A program made the translations under genes and the position numbers. A stretch of 64,000 nucleotides of DNA, from contig JAHRHZ010000062.1 of the NCBI GenBank assembly GCA_024137785.1, forward strand, positions 36,074,808 to 36,138,807, in the 5' to 3' direction. The notes under the pieces are model-generated. The model searched no databases. It was not told the DNA's origin and was given only the letters and a program-made list of their open reading frames with translations. Below, piece by piece: positions 38,395 to 48,725 of this stretch. Origin of the DNA: Ginglymostoma cirratum. Taxonomy: Eukaryota. How positions within the stretch are numbered: position 1 is the first letter of the stretch; every line of letters begins with the position of its first letter.

Positions 38395-41300
38395 TAATTC
38401 TTGGGAAGTGGACATTGCTGGCTAAACCAGTATTCATTGCTCATCCCTTCATTGACCTGAGAAGGTGGTGATTCTGGTCTTGAATTGTTATTGACCTGGA
38501 GATGTAGGTACATCCATAGTGCTGTTAGGGAGGGAGTTCAAAGATTTTGACTGGGCAAGAAAGAAGGAATAATGTCAAGTCAGGATGGTGTGTGCCTTGG
38601 AGGGGAACTTGCAGGTGATAGTGTTCCAATGTAATATCCACTACCTTTGTCCTTCTCGGCTGTAGAGGTTGCAGGTTTGGAAGGTCTGTTGAAGCAGCTC
38701 ATTGAGTTACTGCAGTGCATCTTGGAGATGATGTGCACTGTTGCCACTGTAAATCAATGGTGAAGGGAGTGAAAGTGGAAGGAGGTGGATGGGGTGCAAA
38801 TCAAGTAGGATCCTCTGGCCCAGATGGCATTGAATTTCCTGAGTGTTGTTACAACTGTGCCTATCCATGCAGGCGGAGTCTATTCCATCACAATCCTGAC
38901 TTGTACCTAAATTTCCAGCCTCTAACTTGGTCCATTGTGACCCCAAGGATATCAATACCAGGGGATTCAGTGACAGTATTGTCATTGAATGTCAAGGGGG
39001 CAATGATTAAATTCTCTTTTATTGGAGATGGCCATTATTTGACATTTGTGTGGTGCAGCTTAGAGTCATTGAGTCTTATGGAAACAGACCCTTTGGTCCA
39101 ACATCTCCCAACCAGCATTCCCAAACTAAACTTTTCCATTTGCCTGTGTTTGGTCCATATTCCTCTAAACCTTTCCTGTTCATGTTCTTGTTCAAAAGTC
39201 TTTTAAATGTGGTAATTGCGCAAGCCTGAATGTTGTTCAGGTTTTGCTGTACACGAACACGAGACTCTTCAGTTTCTGAGGATCATGAATTGTGTGATCA
39301 TCAGAGCAAATCCCCATTTCTGACTATATGACGGAGTGAAGGTCATTAGTGAGGTGGCTGAAAATGGTTGGGCCTGGGATGTTACCCCGAGGAAGTCCTG
39401 CAGTAATTTTGTGGAGCTGAGGTGACTGATTTTCACAAGTCTCAACCATCCTCCCTTCTGTCTGGCACCTTTACCAACTGATGCTCTGATTCCCATTGAT
39501 TCCAATTTTGTCAGGGTTCCTTGATTCCATATTCGTTCAAATGCTGCCTTGACCTCAAAGGAAGTCACTCTCACCTCACCTCTGAGGTATAGCTCATCTG
39601 TCCATGTTTGGACCTAGACTGTAATGAGATCAGGAGCTGAGTGGCCCTGGCAGAACCCAAACTGAAAGTCGGTGAGCAGGTTATTGGTGAGCACATGCCA
39701 CTTCATAGCACTATGGATGGTGTCCACCACCATTCACAATTGAAAGTGGTCAGATTAGCAGAGCTTAGATCTGATATGTCGATTGTGAGATCACTTAGAC
39801 CTATGTATTGCATGCTGTTTCTACTGCTTGGCATGCAAGCTGCCCTGTGTTCACCAAGTAGAGACCTAATTTTTTTGGTATGCCTATTGCTGCTCTTGGC
39901 ATGCCCTCCATTCTTCATTGAACCAGGGCTGTTCATCTGGCTGCTGGTAATAATCGAGTGTGTAAAATGCCAAGTTATGAGGCTCTAGGTTATGGGCGAA
40001 TGTAATTCTGATGTTGCTTATTGCCCACAGTGCCTCAAGGATGCTGAGTTTTGATTTGCTAGATCTGTTTGAAGTCTATTTGATATCCCATTTAGCAAGT
40101 TGGGAGTGCAAGACAATCAAATGAAGGACACCTTCAACATGAATACAGGACCGCGCTTCCTCAATGCCTATGCATCTATCACTCCTATGAATACTGTTGT
40201 GCATGGGGAGGTAATGGCCAAGTGGTATTAGAACATAAGAACATAAGAACTAGGAGCAGGAGCAGGCCGTCCGGCCCTTCGAGCCTGCTCACTGGACTGC
40301 TAATACAGAGACCCAGGTAATGTTCTGGGGACCTGAGTTTGAATCTTGCCACTGCAGATGGTAGAATTTGACTTCAATAAATATCTGGAATTAAGAATCT
40401 AATGATGTCCATGAAACCATTGCTGATTGTCAGAAAAACCCACCTGATTCACTAACTTCCTTTAGAGAAGGAAACTGCCATCATTACCTGGTCTGGCCTA
40501 AACATGACTCCAGACCCACAGCAATGTGGTTGACTCTTACCTGCCCTCTGGGTAATTAGGGATGGGTAATAAAGGCTAGCCCAAACAGCAATGTCCACAT
40601 CCCACGAGTAAATAAATTTTAAAGAATGCATCTGTGACAGGTGGATTAGTGTGAACAAGGTCAAGGGAGGATTTCCTTCTTGTTGGTTCCTTCACACCAG
40701 TGAAGAGCCAGTGCACTATGTTCTTTAGGACTTTGTCAACTCTGAGAGTAGCCGTGCTGCCAAGCCACTCTTGGTGGTGGACAAAAGTCTCCCATCTAGA
40801 GTAAATTTTGTGACCTTACTATGCCCAGTGCTTCCTCCAATTGGTATTCAACATGGAGAAGCACTGAAGCATCAGCCAAGCAGCAAGGGTGTCAGGAGTG
40901 GTAAGTGGCAAAAAGCAGGGGGGTTTCCTTGCCCATGTTTAACTGATGCCATGAGACTTGATGTCAAACTTGAGGACTCAGGGCAACTCTGTCCTGACTG
41001 TGTACCATTGTGTTCCCACCTGTGTTGTGTCTGCCCTGTCAGCAAGACAGGATGTACACAGGGCTGGTGATGGTGGTGTTTGGCACATTGGGTCTAAAGT
41101 CCAATTTTGTGATTCTGACTACTTCAAACTCATACTTGGCCATTCTGTGGAACACCTCTTTTAATTTTGCAATGAACTCAATGTTAGTAAGAAGGACTTT
41201 CAAAGTTGACAGGATTGGATTTGCTTGTTTCTGGAGCCTACATTGATGCTGGGTGGTCTATCCAGTTTTGTTGCTTGCTATAGACTTTGCATTGATTTTG
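38395..41300 (-). mobile_element. Long degraded L2/CR1-group LINE with nested insertions
   Basis: RT remnant VRVTSFEVKAAFERIWNQGTLTKLESMGI (consensus-like VALDIKAAFDRVWH); 3' tail matches the SacSINE-like tail; nested CR1 piece ~39050-39210 and SINE 40205-40620. Confidence 0.75.
40205..40620 (+). mobile_element. SacSINE1-like SINE interrupted by a 60-bp antisense CR1 tail (40230-40290)
   Basis: Aligns with the 36341 copy except for the insert agaacataagaacataagaactaggagcagg...gagcctgctc. Confidence 0.8.
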
Positions 41301-41804
41301 ATACAACTAATTTGCTTGGTAGGCCATTTTAGAGGCCAGTTAAGAGTCAAACATATTACTGAGACTGGAGTCACATATAGGGGAGATCAGCATTCCTTCC
41401 CTAAAGGATATTAGTGAATGAAATCAGTCTTTATAACCATAGTCTATGGTTACATGATTGGCATTAAACTACCTTTATAATTACAAATATTTTATTAAAT
41501 TTCAATTTCACATTATGCTGTTGTGGTATTCAAACCCATGGCCACATAACATGAGACTGGGGCTCTGATTACAGGTCCAACGTTAATGCCACTACATTTC
41601 CACTTTCCATTACAACATCTATGAAATCTGTAATTGCTTTTAAGATTTTTTGAAAAGGAATTTTCAGAGTTTGGATCAATTGTGAAGGGATCCATTGTAA
41701 TTGTCCTGAATAATAAGAAATACTGACCTATCTAAACTGGTGGTACATACCTGGAAGCAGAAGAAACAGAAAGGAAGTAAGGAAGAGTCTGTCATTGACA
41801 GACA

Positions 41805-42149
41805 TAGAATCAAATCCCCACAGTGTGAAATCAGGCCATTTGGGCCATCAAGTCCAGACCAACCCTTTGAAGGGCATCCCACCCAGACCCACCCTATCCC
41901 TGTAAGCCTGAATTTCCCATGGCTAATCCACTTAGCCTGCACTTCTCTGGTCGCTATGGACAAATTAGCATGGTTAATCCACCTAACCTGCATGTCTTTG
42001 GACTGTGGGAGGAAACTGCAGCACCCAGAGGAAGTCCACACAGACACGGCGAGAATGTGCAAACTACACACAGACAGTCGCCTGAGGGTGGCATTGAACT
42101 TGGCTCCCTGGTGCTGTTGGGCAGCAGTGCTAACCACTGTGCTGCCCCT
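41805..42149 (-). mobile_element. HE1 SINE
   Basis: Reverse complement of the HE1 head, V-domain and tail. Confidence 0.9.
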
Positions 42150-42384
42150 AAAAAAGAACAGTTGGAAGGGATAGCTTTATTCAGAGAAGCTGGAGTTTGT
42201 AGGACATCGCACAAAGCGAAAGTGCAGAGACAGAACAAGTAACACAGACAATATGTGACAGATGAAGAAGCACTTTCAGGAAGTGGTGAGTTTTTATTTG
42301 TTTCACTGAAAAGGAGAAAGAGGCTCTTGGATATACTGTGTGAGTAGTTGTAAAGATCAAAAACCTGGAGTGCTGAATGAGTAG

Positions 42385-42600
42385 AGATAATACGTACTGC
42401 AGATGCTGGAGAATCCAAGATAACAAGGTGTGGAGCTGGATGAACACAACAGGTCAAGCAGCATCATAGGTGCAGGAAAGCTTGATGTTTTGGGCCTAGA
42501 CCCTTCTGATGAAGGGTCTAGGTCCGAAATGTCAAGCTTTCCTGCTCCTATGATGCTGCTTGGCCTGCTGTGTTCATCCAGCCCCACACCTTGTTATCTC
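42385..42600. mobile_element. Foldback Penelope-tail insertion centred on a hammerhead motif, 15-bp TSD
   Basis: Arms 42418-42506 and 42511-42599 are reverse complements with few mismatches; TSD gtgctg(a/t)atgagtag at 42370-42384 and 42601-42615. Confidence 0.88.
42506..42536 (+). ncRNA. Minimal type-I hammerhead ribozyme motif (Penelope-associated)
   Basis: CTGATGA-AGGGTCTAGGTCC-GAAA-T-GTC; both core boxes intact; activity unknown. Confidence 0.6.
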
Positions 42601-43232
42601 GTGCTGTATGAGTAGCTTGGAGGTACTAGAGTTGGTATTTTCTCAGAAGTGGCCAAACAATGAACCAGGGTGTTATTGTTATTGTTTAGTTTAGTTGAAA
42701 TGGAACATTGGAAAGCTACACCATCAGGACTGTCTTAACATGAGGGAGACGGGGTTGCAGAAGTGGGCCATGCTGATGCTAATTGTACCTGGGAAACTTT
42801 CAGGTGAAAGCTTTTTTTGGATAGGACTCCTGACATCCCAAGTGAATCAAGAATAGGATATTGTGGAATTGTGTAGCTACGTAATGGTATACGCAATGAA
42901 GGGAAATGCTCCGTGGGGATTGTAACTATAGTACTTGCTGTGAGGGTCGAGTGAACACTGGGTTGTGCAAATTGCTCATATGCTGAATTCCCAAATTCAG
43001 TAAAATCTTTTCAAGATTATATTTGTTTTGTCTCTTTTTTGCACAATTATGATCCCTGTAGGAAATCTGTGAATATCACTTAGTTTGCAGAACAAAGCAA
43101 AAATGACTTTAGGATACAAAGATCTCCAGACCATTCATGAAGAACACAACTGTAAGTGATTGCAGTTGATTCAGCTATAATTAGAAAGTTTTAATAATTC
43201 AGGACATACTTTAATATCATTCAGTTGCTTCA

Positions 43233-43364
<132 letters not shown>

Positions 43365-44852
43365 TCAACTGCATATTACTTATACATCAGATCAGCAATA
43401 CATATGAATATAACTTGTATCAAAAAGGTGAATCGATAAAATTGCTATAAGACATTATTATCTCATCGTTGACTAGCCACACATTTTGCTCCAAAGGAAA
43501 TGTTTTGGCATTGTGCAATAAATTTAAAATGAAGTCTTACATATATTTGGGTACTTTCCAAACCAACCTGTTCAGAGATGTTATTACATGCCTCTGGAGT
43601 AGGTGTGACTTGAACCTAGGCCTTCTGGCCTAGAGGTTGGGACATTTCTACTTTGTCACAAGAGCACCACTCATATAATCACACAATTTAGGTAAATGCA
43701 CTTCATATGTTTGTATTTACAATTAAAACATTAACGTTTCGCTAGAATAGCCACCACCAATCTGCCAGACACAGCCATGTCCGCGCGACTTCTAGATTTT
43801 CCTCCAGCATCTACTGATGGTGCTTTAACTGACTTAGACTAATTTATGAGAATGTTGAATTTCAGAAGAAAATACAACAGACCTGCTCCTACTCTTCATT
43901 TGGAGCTGCTTGTCCATCACCACGTAGTTGCCAATTGAGGATACTGGAGTTTAAAGTCACCATAGATTTAGTGGACCACACGGACACTCTCTCATTAGAG
44001 AGAGACACTGGTGTTGGCTTAACCTAAGCGTCACCACACTTCAGGCAAGGGGAGAGGTTGAAAAGAAGAATTTTTCATGGTAATGTCAACCGGTGCAGGA
44101 GTTGAGCCCACACTGTTGGCATCACCCTACATTGTAAACAACCATCCAACCAACTGAAGCGACAACACAGTGCCAGAAGCATATTGAAAAGCTTATTCTA
44201 CGATCGCATTGCAATCACTGAATACCCAATATCCTGGCAATTAACACTGACTAGAAGCCCAACTGAAGCTGGTCGAAACATACTGCAACAATAGGTCAGT
44301 TGGTGGGAATTCTACAGCAACTATGACATCTCCTGTCTGCCTGAGGCCTATTCACTACAAAGCACAAGTCTGGGGTGCTTTAGAATACTGCACCTACCTG
44401 AGCCAGTACCGCTCTAACAACATTCCAGACCTTCAAAATCAGTCAGGACCAATCAACCTGCTTGATCTGCGCCCCATCCACCACCTTCGACATTCACTCC
44501 CTCCAGCATTGTGGCAGCAAGGAGTGACTTTACACGATGAACTACAACAACTTGTAAGGCTCCTTTGAAAAACCAGTGACCTTTAAAACTAGCGACTTCT
44601 ACCACGGAGAAGAATAAAGCTAGCCAGTGTGTGAGGAAATTACCACCTACAGTTTTCCTCCTAGACACACATTGTCCTGACTTGAAATATATGTGTTCCT
44701 TCACTGTTACAGGATAGAAATCCTGGAATTTTCTCCTTAACAGCACTGTCTTTGTCCCAACACCCAACGGACTGGGGCAGTTTCCCCCTTAGCAATGGCA
44801 ACCAGGGAAGCACAGATTTAAAAAAAAATCCATTACACTTCAAACTGTAAGG

Positions 44853-45250
44853 GAAGGTGGTGGCTTAATGGCTATGTCACTAGACTTGTAATCCAGACTA
44901 GTATTCTGAGGAAGCAAAAACAGAAGTTGCTGGAAAAGCTCAGCAGGTCTGGCAGCATCTGTGAAGGAAAAAACAGAGTTAACGTTTTGGGTCCGGTGAC
45001 CCTTCCTCACAACTAGTATTCTGGGGACATGGGTTTCAATCCCAAAATGGCAAATGTTGAAATTTAAATTCAATCAACATATGGAATAAAAAGTTAGTCT
45101 AATGGTGACCATCTTGTATCCATCTTGTTATTGTTGTAAGCCCTTCTGGTTCACTAATGCCATTTAGGGAATGAAATCTGTTGCCCTTAATTGGTCTGGC
45201 CTACATTTGACATCCACAGTTATGTGGTTAACTCTTAACTATCCTTGGTG
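44853..45250 (+). mobile_element. SacSINE1-like SINE carrying a ~100-bp antisense Penelope-tail insertion (44909-45011)
   Basis: TSD actagtattctg at 44897-44908 and 45012-45023; the insert reads gtgaggaagggtcaccggacccaaaacgttaactct on the minus strand. Confidence 0.8.
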
Positions 45251-46244
45251 CAGTTAGTTTAGTTAGTTTAGCAATTACACGTTTAGCTTTTCACTCTGGC
45301 CTTATTTACTTGGATATGTGGTTCATACACTGAAATTTATTTGCTGTGCAACCATATTTGGTTATCTAACTTCAGAAAAGCCCGCACGTTTTTTTTAATC
45401 ACATAATTATCTTGAAATTCATTTGAAAATTATAAGCCCATTCTTCACTTATTAATGTCTCTGTATAATTTGTTGCATTCCTCCTCAGGGTTAACTAGAC
45501 CTCTTAATTAGGTATCTTCATAAATTTAGAAATTGTGTTTTTGATTCCAAATTTCAAATACCAGTGATTGCAGCATTGTTCTTTATGGAACTCCACTTCC
45601 TGCCTTCTGATGCTCTGAATAGCTACAGTGTCTACCATCATGAAGATACAAGTATTGTAACTTGTCCAGGCTTCATCAACAGCACCTTCTAAACTGTGAT
45701 CTTTACTAGCTAGCAGAATAAGAGCATGGGAACACCACTGACTCTCCCTCAACAATCCTGACTTGGAGATATCATGCTCTTCTTTCACTGTCACTGGCTC
45801 AAAATCCTAACTCCAGACCTCATGGCAGTGTGGATATTTGTGCATCATATGGCTGCAGAGATTGCAATAACTGTTTCTAGCTCTCTTCTCAGGGTCAATG
45901 AAAGATGGATAGTAGATGCTGACCTTTCCAGCAATGCAGACATCTCATAAATTAATAAGATAAAGCCTAACTGCATGTTCTGAACTTGATTCAACCAAAG
46001 TATGCATAATAATAGGACACCTAATGACCATGACATCAGCAAATGCTTGGACTATTCTGAGCACATCTTGGATGTCTATCATAGAAGAGCCAACAACATC
46101 TAATACTAGTGCCAACTAAGGAGGCAGCTTCTCTGCCTGCCACACACCCACACACCACCAATTAATACCAGAAATGAAGGAAAATGCCGATTAGTTACTT
46201 TAGCCCCTAACTGAAACTGAATGAAGATTCTTTCACGTAAACTT

Positions 46245-47780
46245 TCATAAGAACATAGAAACAGGAGTAGGCTAGTCAGCCCCTCAAGCTTGTTCTGCAC
46301 TTCATGGCTGATATGTGCCCTAACTCTATATTTTGATCCATATTCTTTTACAGCTTTGCTTAACAACAGCCTATCACAGATTTAAAATCAACAATCAATT
46401 CACTATAGTTTGTGGTAGAAAGTTCCAAATCTCTATCACCTTTCCTGTATAGAAGTGCTTCCTAACACACTTCCTATGGTTTAGCCCTAATTCTTAGACT
46501 ATGCCCTTAGTTCTAGAATCTCCTACCAGTGGAAATAGTTTATCTACACAGCCTTTTTCTGTTAATATCTTGAAGACTTGGATAGATCACTTGTTAACCA
46601 TCTAAATGCTCAAGAATCCAGGCCTAATTTATATAATCTCTTTTCATAATGTAACCCCTGAAGCCCAGGGGTTATCATTCTTGTCTGTTAGCGCTGATGC
46701 TTTATTATTTCTCTTTTCCAGTTTAACAAACACACTTTTTGAAGTTTTGCCATTAACTGCAATACCTAAAATAAGATTCCTGATTATTTCCTTATTCTCT
46801 ATCCTGTTACTTGATTTTGAAACTGTATTGACTTCCCCGAGCCGTCCTTCCAATTTATTGCTTTGAAGTCCACATGACCTTCCTATTTAGCCTTCCTGCT
46901 CAGATCCTGGTTCAGTGGAGTCTATCCCAGCACTGCAGTTTCCTCCTGTCCCAATAATGATACCAGTGCCCCACAAAATTAAACCCCTCTTTCCTACATC
47001 ATTTCTTTAGCCACGCATTTACTTTGTTTTATCTCTATGCCAATTTGCATGTGGTTTGGGAAAAATACCTATACTCCCTGGAGGCCCTGTTCTTTAATTT
47101 TGTTCCTAATTCCTGATTTTCCCAAACAGGACATCTTGTCTACTCTTGCCTATGTTGTTGATGCCAACATGGACCACATCAACTCGATCCTCCCCCTCCC
47201 ACTCCAATGTCCTTTCAAGCTAGTTTCAGATGTCCCTTAACTTGGCACCAAGCAGGCAACGGACAACGTGGCTCTCTCAATCCTGCTTACAAAGGTGTTT
47301 TCTGTGCCCTTAAATATAGAAGTCCCTCACATTGCCATTTTTCTTTCCACTAGCCCCACCTGAATGGCCTCCTGTACACAGCACAATGGTTAGTTTGCCC
47401 ATTCTCCCTATAATCTTTCTCTTCATCCACACAGGGAGCAAGTTTCTCATACTTGTTTGACAAGGTCAAGAGCTGAGGCTCCTTCAAAGATAAATTCAGA
47501 ATCCCTCTAACTACATCACTGGCAGTTGCACCCTCCCTGTCCCTGACCATTGGCCAAATTTGAAGTACTTAACCTACAGGGCATGACTGCTTTTTGAAAC
47601 ACAGTGTCCATGTAACTCTCCCCCTCCCTGATGTGTTACAGTGTTTGTTGCTTGGAACCCAGGCTCATTCCTTCAGCAATCTACACTTGCCACATGTGTA
47701 CTTACTCTGAACCACAATGGGGTCCACCAGGTCCCACATCATGCAGGTTCAACACATTCAACTGGCCTTGCATCTCTACA
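46245..47780 (-). mobile_element. CR1 fragments: a 3' end (46245-46690) and a 5'/ORF1-region remnant (~46880-47780)
   Basis: Antisense tail cataagaacatagaaacaggag; ORF 47350..47550 (EPQLLTLSNKYEKLAPC) resembles the CR1 ORF1 L-L-N-(F/Y)--L region. Confidence 0.65.
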
Positions 47781-48511
47781 TTATTTAGTTTAGAGTTTTA
47801 ATTAATTTTACACATTTCCTAATGATCTTTAGTTTTTAATCTGTAAAATATTTCCTCTATTAACCATTTTAAGATGTAACCCATTTCCATCCTTCAGGAA
47901 GACTCTGTTTCTCATGGTCTCTAGACAAAGCCTCTTGGAAACTAACTGTAAGGGTTTGAGCCTATCATATTTGAATCTTGATTCATTTTTGATCCTTTTC
48001 TAGTGCTACTGCTATGTTGGGAGTTTGAAGTAACCGTGCACTGATTTACGGACACAGATCCCACATTTATAGTGATAAAAATGTTCAAAATCAGTTAACT
48101 GTTTAATGCACAGAACTTAGCCCTCATTTTAGAATCATGGTTATCTCTGTTTCCATTTCAGAATGCATAAACAAAAGGAGATCAAGAAGAATCATTAGCT
48201 GACATTGATACTAGCCAAAGGTAAAATGAACTTGAGAATTAACTGATTTCTGTCTGTCATAAATTTGCAAGAATTTATTGCACTTCACAACGTGAAAGTG
48301 AACATTTCTACAAATCCCCTTGAATAGTTGTACTATGTTCAACAGAACAGAAAACGCAACTACTGATTTCAGTAGCTGGAACTCTACACCATCAACAGGT
48401 AACAAAAAGAACAGGAGCTGATTAATTCATGTTCCCAATCAATATAGCAACATTTTTTATTTATTGAGGCATTATGCATTTATTGTTCATGTATTTCCTT
48501 CACTGTCCTAC

Positions 48512-48587
48512 CATGAGGAATCTTGATTTCAATGTTAGACAAAGTAGGAGCTCCATCAGATGTCCAGGTAAAAAATCCATTTGTCAC
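48512..48587 (-). CDS. ABCC8: ABCC8 exon 15 (76 nt), start of NBD1
   Basis: [25 protein letters not shown](G); AG/GTAGG ends. Confidence 0.95.
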
Positions 48588-48725
48588 CTGCAGTTACATA
48601 GAAAAGAATTAGAAAAACCTGCAAAATATAAATAGTTCTGAAACATCAGGGATCAACTTTGTGGTGTATATAATGTGTATATGTGAATTGCAGTCATTCT
48701 TATTAACCCAAAAAACATTGACATA

